The notes: generated by a model from the letters alone, not told the origin. A stretch of 64,000 nucleotides of DNA from Eledone cirrhosa (GCA_964016885.1 OZ024740.1:268088001-268152000); one strand, 5' to 3'. Positions 12,614 to 27,355 are shown, counted from the first letter of the stretch. Program-made: numbers and translations.

Positions 12614-12956
12614 GTGTGTATATATATTTATATATATATATATATAGGGAGTGTAACTTGGAGTTACTGCAGGTTCACCCGGGTGAGCACTCGATGTTTA
12701 GGTTCACTTCTGTTTTGAGGTGTAGAGCTATACCATTTTAAAGGGTCTGTCGAGCTGCCGATTATTGAGTCGGGTAAGATCGATACAGATCGAACTTTGA
12801 GCTGATCAGTGGCGAAACGCGCGTTACCTACCAATAAATGTAATGAAGGAGTAACCAATCGTCCTTGTTATCCTTTCAATATATATATATATATATTGCC
12901 AAATATACTATACATATAGTATACATATAGTATAGTATAGTGCAGGATTTTAACGC

Positions 12957-13363
12957 AAATATTGCGATTGTCTCGTCGGAAATTGACGGTCTCCCGCTCC
13001 TTTGTTCGTCATGAATTTCAGTACGACCGGCTGTAAACTCTCTACACCACTTGCGAACGTTTTTGACATCCATACACGACTGTCCGTACACTTCCGTCAA
13101 TTGGCGATGAATTTCAATCGGTTCAACGCCTATTGCGTTCAAAACCGAATAACTACGCAAACTTCGCACTTAGTGGTAGCGTTCAAAGGGAGCTCCATTC
13201 TCAACGGCTGCCAAGCCAGGATTGAGCATCCCAGCGAAGCGCGCGCATGCTTGTTTGGGAGTGAAGGAAGCACAAATCACAACAGTGTTGCCAACAGCCA
13301 TACAAAAAGTTTGTCTGCGTCCCCATCGCTTTGGAGACCTTACTTTTGGGATTGCCCTCGTAT
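12957..13363 (-). mobile_element. Mariner transposon 5' fragment (TIR + N-terminal HTH)
   Basis: EIHRQLTEVYGQSCMDVKNVRKWCREFTAGRTEIHDEQRSGRPS is a Mos1-type HTH. The end reads TACGAGGGCAATCCCAAAAGTAAG on the minus strand. Confidence 0.92.
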
Positions 13364-14108
13364 AAAAGACAACCGACGAAATATATAGGGATTTCTTGAT
13401 ATATATAACTGATATGTCAAATATTAGTCATAACTAAACAATGAAACCCATAAGAGAAAATGAAAAAAAAAAAAATAGATAGAAAAATCGATCAGAAAAA
13501 AAAAGAAAAAAAAAAGAAAAACTTCATGGCTTATAACATCTCAATAGCTGATTTTCAACAGCTATGCCGATGGCCATGTTTCAGAAGTGCGACGAAACGT
13601 TTTGATACATCATAAGAGACTATTAAGGACTAGACGAAAAGTGAATATATAGATTTCTTGTTTTCTAAAAGAAGTAAAACAATTTGAAAAATATATATAT
13701 ATAATTGTGTCAATTTTAACCCACTGTCTCAACCCACTCGCCAAAGTTGTAAAACTCCTACATTATTTAAAAAGATTAAAATTCTCGTTCAATTAGTGAG
13801 TAATTTTCTAGTTTAAAACCAAAACATGAAAATAAAAAAAATAAAAATACAAAAAAAAAAAACGTTTAACAGAGCTTTCAGATGGAAAATGTTCTCTTCG
13901 TCTACTGAAGTCCAATAGAGATGTATTGGATGTGTTAATTCTGGATAATTAGATGGTAACTAAATGTTACTGAAATGTAAGGATATATCGAGCTAGTTTC
14001 GCTCGAGTAATTCATCAGTTTAATTAATGCGAGGCCGATGTAACAGCTAATGCGTTTTGATTAACAAACGGACGTTTATATCGATAAACGAGTCTCGTTG
14101 GTCTTGCG

Positions 14109-14220
<112 letters not shown>

Positions 14221-14221
14221 C

Positions 14222-14356
<135 letters not shown>

Positions 14357-14363
14357 AATATAC

Positions 14364-14414
<51 letters not shown>

Positions 14415-14961
14415 GTCGTTTTATAAGTTATAAGTACCGATAACTAATATTGTAGTGCTGGTGGGTTGTTGGAGATTTGGGAGTGATGGTGTGCTTTGTA
14501 GAAAGAAAAAAAAACATACATAATGGAATTGTTTTTAACGTACACTCAACTAATATAAAAGGTTTGACAATAACTGAATAAATAGTAGATGAAGGACAAA
14601 GAGAATATAAATGAAACCAAACATTTAATTAAGTGTCTGAGAAACAAGCAAAAACCTATTTATGTAGATATTGTAATATAGGTGACGAGTGGACTGGCTT
14701 TTAGATGGATGTGTTAGCGGAAGAAAATCAATTAATTTCATGAGGAGAAAATGAAAATATATGTATATGATATCTTGATAATGAGATGAAAAATACACCA
14801 GAAAATTTATCAAATTCACAGATTAGTAATTGTGAAGCTCAGGTTTACGTTTGGCTGGATGTTTAATTCATTCTGTTTTGAGAAGAGTAGTAATGACGTT
14901 TATGCCTAGAAGTCTACGCTTCGAAAAGCAGTGGACATTGTGACACCGGAAGGAATTTTAA

Positions 14962-15476
14962 CCCTTTAGCATTTATATTATTCTATATATACTATTCTGG
15001 AGGCTCATGGCCTATTGGTAACGGTGTTGGACTGACGATTACAATGTCGTTGGTTTGATTCCTAGGTTGCGTGTTGTGTTCTTGAGCAAAACTCTTCATT
15101 TCACGTTGCTTGCTCCAGTATACTCAGCTGAAAATGAGTACCAGCAATAGCTGGAGGTTTAACCATGCGATGGACTGGCGTCCTGTCCAGAGGGAAGTCT
15201 TGTACTCTCAATCGCTTCACGCCATGAAACCGGGATAAGCACCGGCCAAATAAGCCTTCTGGCTCAAGACAGACTTTAGATATATACTATTATATTTTTA
15301 CGGTAAAGGCTTTACCTCACATAATTATCTCACATAATATCGAATCTAGGAAATTTTGATATTATTTATTTTGAAACAATACCTTAACACCAGTAAGAGT
15401 GGCTAGTTATGGCCGGTTTGAATAGAAAGATGTGAGAGAATTCTGGCTGGATTTGGCCAGTTTAGATGCTAAAGGA
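14962..15476. mobile_element. piggyBac-type MITE with a nested SINE
   Basis: TTAA-CCCTTTAGCATTTA ... TAGATGCTAAAGGA-TTAA (TTAA TSD plus TIR). Confidence 0.75.
15000..15280 (+). mobile_element. tRNA-derived SINE, second family
   Basis: A-box TGGCCTATTGG, B-box GGTTTGATTCC, TTGTGTTCTTGAGCAA, GCGATGGACTGGCGTCCTGTCCAG, GAAACCGGGATAAGC. Relatives at 17768-17928 (-) and 44330-44580 (+). Confidence 0.8.
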
Positions 15477-15591
15477 TTAACGACCCTAAAACTGAACGTT
15501 ATCCGAAGAGACGCTATACAGCTTGTGATCTATAGTACTCTAAAAAGATGCCCACTGAATATATTTCATGATGATAATTCTGGATACGTGT

Positions 15592-15643
<52 letters not shown>

Positions 15644-15894
15644 GTAATAATAATAAAATTGAAGGCTAAAATCCAAAGAGGGCTCGATAAGGAAAATATA
15701 TATCAAATATATAAGAACCGTAGAGCAAATATTTATTAAAATAACAGATTAAAGTTTAAGCAAAGAATCGCTGCTTTCACCCTTAACGGGATCTTCTGAA
15801 ACTAACAAAGTCAATCTGTAAACGCAGAACTGGATATTTCAAAAAACGTTGCAACCGGAGGAAGACAGGAAGACGATACTTTGGTTCGTGGTAA

Positions 15895-16160
15895 CGTTCG
15901 CTGGCAAAGAACGGGAAAAAACGAATACACGTCATTAATAGGAGCGGTGAAAAACAATTACGCGCAAAGACAAAACCACGTTTATGGTATAAAAGAGGTC
16001 GTAGACTAATGTTCTCTTAGGTGGTGCATAGAGACGTTCTCTGGCAAAGAACGAAAAAACGAAGATAATAAGTCATATGTGGAGCGTGGAGAACAATAGC
16101 ACGCAAAGACAAAACCACGTAAATGGTATAGCAGAAATCGTAGACTAAAATTCTAACTAG
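15895..16160. repeat. Diverged tandem duplication, about 140 bp
   Basis: CTGGCAAAGAACG...CGCAAAGACAAAACCACGT...TCGTAGACTAA occurs twice. Confidence 0.85.
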
Positions 16161-16767
16161 GAGACCAAATGAATCTCCGCTACAGAGTTAAGAACAAAGT
16201 AAATAAATACAATACGGAAGTAATAGAAATAAATAAATACATACACGCAAACAGATACGTACATATACAAGCATACGCAAAACCTTACCATGGGTATACA
16301 AAACCACGCACATATAAATATGTGTGTGTGTGTATGCTTGTGTACAAATAAATAAATAATTATATAAACGTATATAAGTAAATAAATACGTATATAACAA
16401 GCGCACACGCATACCTACATATAAATCTAAATACACGAATGTACGGAGACGTAAGTCAACTAAAACAAGAAGTACACATATACACACACCCACCATACGT
16501 ACGAACCTGCACACTCACGCGGACGCAAAACTCCCGTATACACATAGCCAAACCCTAAATACCAGAATATGTAAAAATGATACGCTATAACAGTCAAATA
16601 TACGTACGAGAAGGTATACATACCTTCACAAAACATACGGGTAATATATACTTACCTATGCAAATAAGTAAAGGAATAAACAAAACATATACTTAGCTCC
16701 CACATCAAGACGTAAAATATCCACGTATAGATCGTGCTATCCGTTAGGGTATAACGTTCCTAGAAAC

Positions 16768-17109
16768 GTAGTCTATAGCATAAGATGTACAGAGGGTACT
16801 TGCAGAAACATGACAACAACATACATAGGTGAGACAGCTCGTAGCATAGGTGAAAGGATAGACCAACACTGGGGGGAACTAAAAGGACGAAAAAACGGGT
16901 CAGTACTATACGAACATGCTAGACAACAACATGACGGTAACATAGACAACATAGAAATTAGAATAATATCTAAACATAGGAATGACCCAGCAGATAGGCA
17001 AATCAGAGAGGCCAGTGAAATAGAAATTAGAAGACCAAAGCTAAACAGAAAGAATGAGTGGAACAACAACAACACCCAAACAAACAACACTGACCTAAGA
17101 GAAGTATAA
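16768..17109 (+). mobile_element. PLE GIY-YIG endonuclease remnant (5'-truncated element extending to about 17690)
   Basis: VVYSIRC...C.....YIGETARSIGERIDQH...LYEH...H...RQIREASEI....PKLNRKNEW. Confidence 0.88.
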
Positions 17110-17375
17110 ATAAGTAAATAAAATTAAATAAAATAAGATAAATAAATACATACACAAGCACATAAACACACACTAGTCACCCAGCAGACACAACACTATA
17201 CACACTAGTCACACATCACACATAACACTATACACACACGCAAACGCATGCGCAAAGAAGACAAAATAAAATAAGATAAACAAACAAGCAAATAAATAAA
17301 TAAATATATAGACAGACTGAACAAAAAAAAAATGGCGTAGACATACAACACAACAGGAGGAACAATGAATATAAC

Positions 17376-17416
17376 ACCACTGACGATGTTGCAGATGTGC
17401 AACGAAAGATTTATGT
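17376..17416 (+). ncRNA. Hammerhead motif in the pseudo-LTR downstream of the GIY-YIG remnant
   Basis: ca-CTGACGA-t-gttgc(agatgt)gcaac-GAAA-gatt-TA-tg. Stem I is short. Confidence 0.65.
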
Positions 17417-17691
17417 AAATTATGTAAACTATATATATGTGTTTGTGTCTATATTGTATCTGTATTATTTTTGACCGCCGGTCAGTCAATGGCAACATTG
17501 AGGACCGAGTAAGTTAGATCGCAGATATATATATATAAAAGACAGCGAGAAGCGAAAACCAACCAAACAGTGAGTGTGTTCTGTTATTAATTCTGGCAAT
17601 ATTACGCAAATATGACCCTCCCCAAATATAACAATATCTGTTTCGACACACGATTTCATATAAAAAACCTCGCAAAACTAATTCATCGCCG

Positions 17692-17750
<59 letters not shown>

Positions 17751-18020
17751 CATACATATACATTTAAGTTAAAGTCTGTTCGAAGACCAGAGTCTCATTA
17801 AGCCGGAGCTTATCCTGTTTTCATTAATGTTAAACGAGTGATTGTACAAATCTCTCTCTCCCTCAGGACTGGACCCTAGTGTATCGCAGTGTTACCCGGA
17901 TGTTACTCCTGATACTTATTTTTAGCTTGTGTGTTTGTGAGTGTATCACCTAATTTCAAGGAGGCTTTTGTGTTTATATATCTGTATATATTTGGTACAT
18001 ATTCGTTGCGTATGTGTGTG

Positions 18021-18143
<123 letters not shown>

Positions 18144-18672
18144 GGGTGTATATGTTAAAATTTATCTAATTGTGTGATGATATGTGTATAGTTGTGTTTG
18201 CATGTATCTATATGTGTAAGTATGTGATTATATGTAGTTTTCAGTATGACGATGGAGTGAGTAAGTAGGTAGCAGACTTAGTACACTAAATCTTGTTTTT
18301 CATCATATTTTAACATCCATTTGAATTCTTTCGAAAACACTGTCATTCTCATGTTGTTCATCTTTATACGAGCCACGCCCATTATGTTTGCAAAATATAC
18401 TGTATCATGTGAAAATCATTCTCAGTTAGGTGATCAACGGTAATTCGCGATTCTCAAAGTAGCAACTGAGAGTTTATATATTACTCGAGTGAATGCCGCT
18501 GGTGCTACGTGTGTGTGTGTGTGTGTGTGTCTGTGTGTGTGTGTGTATGTATGTGTTTGTGTATGTGTGTGTGTGTGTATGTATGTGTTTGTGTATGTGT
18601 GTGTGTGTGTGTTTTTTAACATTTTACTAGGCTCTTTTTAAGTGAATCGTTGATTTTGATGATTCTCTAACA

Positions 18673-18874
18673 TACAAGGGTCGGCTGATAGGTTTATAGG
18701 CTGACCAAGTTACTCTCATGGAATGACTAAATGAGGTTTATTGTTCTACATAGTCTTTGGAAAGAAACAATGCAATTATTAGTAAGACAAGTTGAAATTA
18801 ATGCATGCAAGATTTCACAACACTAGCATCACTCCTACATAGACAGCTTATAAAGTTGTCAGCCCAGCCTCGTA
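18673..18874. mobile_element. Mariner-type MITE (inverted relative to the 5326 copy)
   Basis: TACAAGGGTCGGCTGA ... TCAGCCCAGCCTCGTA. The interior is the reverse complement of the 5326-5525 family. Confidence 0.85.
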
Positions 18875-19118
18875 CTCAGCCGAAGTGATAGTATGTTGAA
18901 GAAGCCAATTTCTAATGTTTTAAACGTTGCTGTTAACATTCCTATTGTCTATTAAGCAGTGTGAGAAACGGGAACACAGAAGCTTTATTCATGCTAATAT
19001 ATCCTACAAACATTATCCTACCTCATATCATGCAACATAGAGAATGTGTTTCGTTTTGGAGTTTTGACTTCAGCAATGCTCAGTTCAAGTACGATTATTC
19101 GAAGTTACCCTAGAAGAT

Positions 19119-19245
19119 ATCACCATCATCATCATCATCATCCGGCGGCCTCAGTCGAAATCGACTCAACAATTGGTCTCTATGTGGGTCTGTCGTTCAT
19201 TGCCGTTGCCAAATCCTGAATTTCAATACCACATCGGGATAGGAG
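19119..19245 (-). mobile_element. RTE-type LINE extreme 3' fragment with (GAT)n tail
   Basis: Minus reading GIEIQDLATAMNDRPT*RPIVESIST followed by (GAT)n. Confidence 0.65.
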
Positions 19246-19494
19246 AGCTTGCGTCCTCTGTTATTAGTGGCTAGAAGATATGTCATGAGAAGGGCATCAT
19301 TTGCTAAATAGATAATGTTTTAGATGGTATATGTAGTTGCGTGCGCGAGTGTGTATGTGTGTGTGCTTGTGTGTGTGTGTGTGTATCTGTGTATGTGTGT
19401 CAGTGTTTGTGAGTGTGTGTGTGAGTGAGTGTGTGTGTCAGTGTGTGTCTGCATGTGTATGAGCGAGTGAGTATGTGTGTGTACGTGTGTGTCA

Positions 19495-19680
19495 GCATTA
19501 GTATCGGTAGAGGGTCTGATGTCATGCTTTGCATCATAGAGTTACCTCCCTTTGAGGTCTGAGTTCAAATCCCACCGAGGTTAACTTTACCTCTCATTCT
19601 TACAGGATCAATAAAATAAAGCACCAGTAATGCACTGGTATAATTGCTGGCCTTGTTCCAACAGTAGAAACAATTATTAT
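19495..19680 (+). mobile_element. tRNA-SINE (Nin/Deu-like)
   Basis: GAGTTCAAATCCCACCGAGGTTAACTTTACCTCTCATTC...TAATTGCTGGCCTTG...GTAGAAACAATTA. Confidence 0.85.
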
Positions 19681-20272
19681 CCCTTTCGTCCGAAGTCTGC
19701 TACCCTACTTCTGCCCTAATATGTTATCCACCTCGTGGTCCCAGCTGACAGGAGAGAGAAGACATTGGCCCGGAGGACGGTGAGGGGGATATACTGGAAC
19801 AACCACTCCTCATTGAGGGTCTCGTGAGGTGGAGTTAGTACTATGTGTGTAATTTAATAGGAATGCGCCTTATGTTTTGTTTTGTTTACTTGCGTCTGAA
19901 GACATCACATGCCAAGATGTGAGTACTCACGAACACCTGAAACACAAGGGGTTGATATTTGTTTATACAGCGATCTCATCCTTTTATTTTAATGCTTCTC
20001 AAAAATCAAGGTAATCCCCATCAATATGAAATATAACAAGGCAATAAAAAGCGAAAAACCAGACAAAACTAATCGCCAAATTACGATTACAATCGCCTCT
20101 CTTGCAAACTAAGCCCCCCCACCCCGAAAAAAAAATCAAAATTTAGACCTGTCGACACTAATTTCATTTTTCTTGATTAAATATAATTTTTGTCCCCAGA
20201 GGCGCTGTTCAGTACGAGATAAGAGACTGCGCTTCGATCTGTAAATATATTTCTATTCCTAATTAAGTCTAC

Positions 20273-20560
20273 TTAGTCTTTTGCTACAGCCACCAGGCAG
20301 AGCAAATTTCCATGCCCTTCCCGACCAAAATAAGGATAGACACGGATCCGTCCTACACGCAATGATAGCAGTACGACAAACATCCACAGATCAGGTAACG
20401 CATGGGTACTAGACGAGTGCGTGCAGAACGGTTTCGTCGCTCTGCGCTCACTCAACTCAGACAGGCCCGTCTGACCGCACATCTGTGCCTGTAGAATTTA
20501 TCACGAACCGGCAGTGTCTTCCGGTAGAATTACTAAGTCAGGTATTTCTGGAACAGACTG
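20273..20560 (-). mobile_element. Tx1/L1 LINE fragment (zf-RVT region)
   Basis: Broken frames read FYRKTLPVRDKFYRH, DETVLHALV and DLWMFV. Confidence 0.65.
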
Positions 20561-21826
20561 ATCAATTCAATTTTCTCGACGCCCAGAGCCTATATGAGAA
20601 CGTCATCGCACTTACTACTAGTTCACTATAGAAGTCCAGAGTGGAAATTCCATTGACCGCATTGCCTGAATATTTTTGCTGTTGTTGCTGCTGTTGTTGA
20701 TATGGCTATTGTTGCTATTTGTGTTGTCGTTGTTGTCTGTATTGCTGTTATTTTGGTTGTTTGCTTCTGTTATATTTGTTGTTGCTGTGGTGGTTATGGT
20801 GGTGGTGGTGGTGGTGGTGGTGATGTTAGTGCTAGTGGTGGAGGATACAGCGTTCATGCTAGTATTGTTGTTGTTTTTTGTCGGCGATTTCCTTCCTCGG
20901 AAGTACACTTTCTGCCGCCAGATTTCTTTCATTTTCAAGAAACATTGAGGAGCAGGTATGATAAACAAACACCGGTTTAGCTTCTAAGGGCTGCAGGTAG
21001 AGATAAACTAACCAGTTCAATAGAAATAGGGTGAATAACTGTAAAAATAGAACAAACTTACAGGAGAGATGTAAACCATGTTTTGAAAGATCCAACAACA
21101 ACAACTACGATGACGACGGTGACTGCAGCAGCAGAAGCAACAGAAACAGCAACAACAACAAAAACAACAACAAGAGTGTCTTCAGTATCCCCGTGGATGT
21201 GCACAATATATTAAACACGCGATTTCAGTCATTTTAAAATCTTTATTTGAAAATCAACAATAATTTCCATTATGAAAGGTTAAGCAGTTTTCAGCCATTA
21301 TATATTAACTTAACCCATTGAGATGATTTTATAAAAATGAGTAAGTCATCGTTAAACAACTCTTGCTGGTAAGAAATACATATAAATGATATTGTTCTTA
21401 GAATATAAATTCTCGTGTCAGTTTGTAACGTGTCTGATGAATTGAAATCTATCACTTTATTTATTTATTAACAATTTATCTGTAAATTTCTCGTTCCAAT
21501 AGTATTAAGTCATTTGAAGTTGAAAATAGTTTTGTTTGTAACATGATACGATCTTATGACTATTAAATCTAAAGCCCAGCGCTTCTCACACTTATTTGTA
21601 TCAAACCTTTTGGAGTTTATTGATTTTATATTTAGAAAAATATAATCACTTTAAACACATGACCGGGTAGTGAATATATAGAAACAGTCTCGTAACTTGG
21701 CGGTTTGACAAATAAAGATGGATGAAATAAGGACAAGCTTTTCAAATAAGTGCTGGTCGTGATATTTTTGACTAAACGCTTGAATGAGGCGTTCTAACAT
21801 ATCCGCTGTCCTATGACTAAAACCAG

Positions 21827-21861
<35 letters not shown>

Positions 21862-23798
21862 AGTCATATTTCAAATAGCTGTCAGCATCTTAAAACAAGA
21901 CTTTTATGTAATTAGATCGAGAATATTTGAGTGAACGATGCTAGAGAGAAGTTAAATAAATGGTAACATCTGAAGCATCTTCTTTCTTTACGATGATGAG
22001 AAAGATGTTATCTTATATACCATTTGAATGCTAATAATATATTTATTCTCAGATGCTATCTTTGTAATACAAAATGGTACTTTGCAGTAATATTAAATAA
22101 ATACTTTAATAGCAAAAGGCAAAGTAATAAGAAAATAATTCGCACACTAAAGAAATTGTACAGACAGAGTAAAAAAGTTGTACAGACAGAGTAAAAAAGA
22201 CATTCCTAGCATAAGAAATCCATCGTTTATGGAGACTATTTCCAGTCTAAGACATTAACTTATGGCACAATAAAACACATTAAGTTAATTGACTTTCAAA
22301 TGATCACCTTTTCTATGGAAAGTAACCTATCACCTGAAAATCGATTGCTAAGAATTCCCAAAGACTCGTTAAAATACGAAACTCATTTTCTTCTGTCTTA
22401 TTTTTCTGTTAAACAAAACTTAATTCCCAAAGGAAATATTGTAAATAACAACTTCAATTTCTGTTACTTCTTGTCAATATGCTGAAACATAAAGAAAATC
22501 AAGATGGTTGATGAATAAAATATTTCTAGGCAGAAAAACGGTCGATTTCTGTTACATTTTCTATACTAAGTTATCTTATGTGCGTCTCAGTATCGATTTT
22601 AAAACTTGAAAGTGGTGATATAACAATTGGCAGAGCATTTTTGACAGAGGAGGTCGTAACGATAAATGTTTGTGCTGTAGTCGTAGAAGAAACGACTGCT
22701 GAACATTCCACTCATGCCAGATATAAAGATGAAACCAGCAGAAAATATTTTAAGGGGCTCGTTGAACACACAGAGTAAGTGAAAAATATTTTAATCGGCT
22801 CTGCATTGATTTGGCTAAATGAGAGGTACCCATGTGATATGGAAAATTAATGTGGAATCACAATTGTGTGTCTGTAGGTCAGTACAAACCACAAGTTACC
22901 TGCTGGTTTGCCCATTATTGAATTTCTCTTGATGTTTGAATGAGGTGAGGAAAAAACATGAAAGGGCAAAAATGTGGAAGCATTTGATACAAATACGAGA
23001 TAATAAATTGTCGTTTAGATCTATATAATTCTGTAGTGATGGGGACACCAGTAATAGGACATTTCTATGCAATATTTATACAGTAAGTCTAGACTTCAGC
23101 TAATTCAAATAAAAAGAGCCAGCAACTCTAAATCATGGTTCAATAGACCATTAACATTTGTTTGTCGTATTCCAATTAGTTGTTTTTCCCTTCAGACTTG
23201 ATGTCATCTTTGTAGCGATGTCAATTTGTTTATGGCGTAGCCAGAGGAAAAGAGGTAGCATTTCATGACAAATGTGTGAGAAAAGTTTCATATGTGGGTG
23301 GTGGTGCTAAACTGAGTGACAGATTTTAATGATATTTAGATTGGTTATGTAGGAAAGAGTATATACAGATTTCGTGTTAACACCAGATAAGTTACATGTT
23401 CAGAATATTTGGAATATAGTGAACTATATTAAAGTTACTCACGTGTGATAGATGATAGATGAATAAGGAAAGTGATTAGTGCCATTGAAACAATACAAAA
23501 CGTTGACCCAGGAAATATGACACACTCACTCCACGATGAAACTGTCTCTTACATAAGTATCAATCACATGATATTAGTGGGGAAATGTATTAGTGTTATA
23601 AGTTAAATGCAATTGCTTCTTAATGGCAATAGAAACTCGGTCACGTATTCACTCATTGGTCCCTAAATTCTAATCTCATTCAACACTAACAGCCTTAACA
23701 TTGTTAGTCTTGCCATTGCATTAAGACAAAGTGCTTTTCTACAATTCAGTTCAGACGAAGCTTTATCATAATTTTAGAGTATATGGTCTCATCCGCAA

Positions 23799-24366
<568 letters not shown>

Positions 24367-24476
24367 AATTGTTCTGCATCGCCTTGCATTGAACCACAAA
24401 GTTACTAAGACAAAACCTATATATTTGCTAGCATAGGTATGCATCTGTATATATATGTTGGTAGATATACTAATTT

Positions 24477-24524
<48 letters not shown>

Positions 24525-24527
<3 letters not shown>

Positions 24528-27355
24528 TCATCATCATCATCATCAACGTTTAACGTCCGTGTTCCACGCTTGCATGGGTTTGGACGGGGGTAGTCCCACT
24601 TGAGGCAAGAGTGATTGTCTTGCTCGCATAGGACTGCCTGGCAGGTTTTCTACAGTTGGATGCCCTTCCTAACACCAACCACATTTACAGTGTGGGTCTG
24701 GGAGGTTTTTACCGTGTTGCCTACACGGCCACATTACAGCGTGGACTGTGTGTTTTTTTGTCGTGACACCTACACGATCTCATTTGTTTCGGCCTGGATG
24801 GCGCGGCACCAACATAACTTTACATAGAACGGGGTGGTGTGGATGGGGTGGGGGTGGTGGCGGGACGGGGTGTATTTTGTTAGAGATGCCTACTGGCAAG
24901 GCGGGTCTTCTCTGTTACTGAGTACCGCCAAAGGTCTCGGTCCAGTGACATTGTCTTGGAGAGGTGTAAGTGTGTGAGGTCGGAGTTTATCAGCTCATCC
25001 CATGTTTTTCTAGGTCTGCCTATTCCGTGGCTACCGTCTATCTTTATTGCCCTGCACTTTGTTATACAGCTATCGACTTTCATGCGCATCACGTGTCCAT
25101 ACCAACGCAGCCTTCTCTCGAGTAAACAACATCTGATCCCTCTTATCTCTAATTTTTTCCTTAGTTCGTTTATGCTTTGCCGTTCACGTATATTACTGTT
25201 ACACATCCAGCGGAGCATGCAAGCTTCGTTCCTCTCTAGTCTGCGTATATCCTCTGCACACAATGCCCAGGTCTCACTACCATGCAACATTGCTGTTCGT
25301 ATGCAGGCATCGTACAACCTGCCTTTCATTTTTAGGGAGAACCCTTTAGCAGCTAATAGTGGTATAAGCTCTCTGAACTTTTTCCAACCAGTTCTGACTC
25401 TAGCTACAGTAGTTTCAGAGCACCCTCCCCCACTGCTGATTTTATCGCCCAGGTAACGGAAGCTGTCCACTATTTCTATAGAACCCTCTGCGCAATTGAA
25501 AGAGCTAGTATTTTGTGGGCACTTGCTGCTACTTATTGCACCAGAACACCGGCCACATGTAAAATCTATGTTCTTAGTTAGCTTACCTGTGATCCCACTA
25601 CATCTTTTATGCACCCATACTTTGCATTTAGGACATAAAATGGAGTTTCTACCTACGCCTTTCCTACACACCGAGCACGACCATTTCCCAGAAGGGACCG
25701 CCGCCTTGTTTTCTTTCCTACAAACTAGAACTTTGGTCTTAGCCAGGTTAATTTTAAGTCCTTTTGACTCTAGGCCGTGCTTCCATGTTTGGAATTTCTT
25801 CTCTAGCTCGGCCATTGATTCCGCTATGAGTGTCAGGTCGTCTGCGTATAGGAGTTCCCATGGGCAGCCTGTCTTGAACTCCTCTGTTATAGCCTGAAGG
25901 GCAATAATAAATAGTAGGGGGCTGAGAACAGAGCCCTGATGGACGCCAACTTTTACGCTAAACTCTTCACTATATTCGTTGTTAATTCTAACCTTGCTGA
26001 CTGTTTCTTTATACATGGCTTGTATAGCCCTCACAAGCCATACGTCAACGCCTAGTTTTCTAAGAGCCCACCAGATAATGGAGCGGGGGACTCTGTCGAA
26101 GGCTTTCTCCAGGTCGACAAAAGCTAAGTAGAGGGGTCTACCTTTAGCTAGGTACTTCTCCTGTAGTTGTCGTACTATGAAAAGGGCGTCTGTGGTGCTT
26201 TTCCCTGACACAAACCCGAACTGCATTTCATCTAGGTCAATTCTCTCTCTGATTAGTTGCGCTATTACTTTTTCCGTGACCTTCATGACCTGGTCGATTA
26301 ATTTAATGCCTCTATAGTTACTCCTATCTAGGGCGTCTCCTTTACCCTTATAACAGTTAACGATGATGCTGCTATGCCAGTCCTTCGGAACAACCCCATT
26401 CTGTACGACTTGGTTAACTATGCGGGTGACCATGGTGTGTCCCACCGTGCCAGATGCCTTCAGCATCTCAGCAACTATTTCCGAAGGCCCAGCCGCCTTA
26501 CCCGTCTTCATATCCTTGATTGCCTTACTTATTATACTCCCCTCGACTAACACTGCTGGTCCCTCTATCGGGTCGATATGGGGGAGACTGTCTTTCTCCC
26601 ATTTATTCTCCTCATTTAGTAGCCTTTCATAGTGACACTTCCAAGCTACCTTCTTATCAGTGTCGGTGATGGCAAGTATGCCATCATCGTTAAGTACACA
26701 CTTCTCCCCGACAATATCACGGTTTTCCTTGACGCATTGCCTGGCAATCCTGAACACCTCACGTTTTTGGTCATCGCGTTGTAGAACATGCTTGAACTTT
26801 CTTTCCTCAGCTTCCCTTCTTGCTAAGTACACTTCTCTCCTAGCTTCCCTCCTGGCCACTTGATAGTCTACTCTACTTCCCCCATCCCGCCATACTTTCC
26901 AAGCCTGCTTTTTGGCCTTAATTGACCCCTCCACCCTACTGTTCCACCACCAAGTTACTCTCCTCCTGCCTACAGGCCTGCTCCAGCCACAGACTTCGTC
27001 TGTCGCCAACAGCAGGTTTGCTTTCAGAAATTCCCACTGTCCCTCTATATTGTCCGATTCTAGATGCTCTTCCTTACTGTCGAAAGCATCAAGTAATATG
27101 CTTTGAAATTTATTTCTGGCTGTGGGGTCCTTTAGTTTCCATATTTTCCTTCTGAGGATAGTCCTCTTCTGCTGTCGAGTACGTCTCGTCCTGACTATGA
27201 GGTCGCTAATTATCAGTCTATGTTGGGAGGTGCATTCTTCATGGGGGAGGGATTTAGTGTTTACAACAGACACTCTGTCACGTCTTCTGGTAAGGATATA
27301 ATCTACCTGGCTTGTGTGTTCCCCTGATCTATAGGTGATCAGGTGATTGTCACGT

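Noticed and set aside
13988-14022. Minus-strand CTGATGA...GAAACTAGCTC as an active ribozyme
   Set aside because: The core is present but stems I and II do not pair; at best a decayed copy, so not listed as a feature.
20618-20968. 116-aa T/N-rich minus-strand ORF
   Set aside because: Mostly (ACC)/(AAC) trinucleotide repeats with no recognisable domain.
21431-21457. CTGATGAATTGAAATCTATC
   Set aside because: No stem II, 2-bp stem I, not in a TA-bounded cassette; likely chance.
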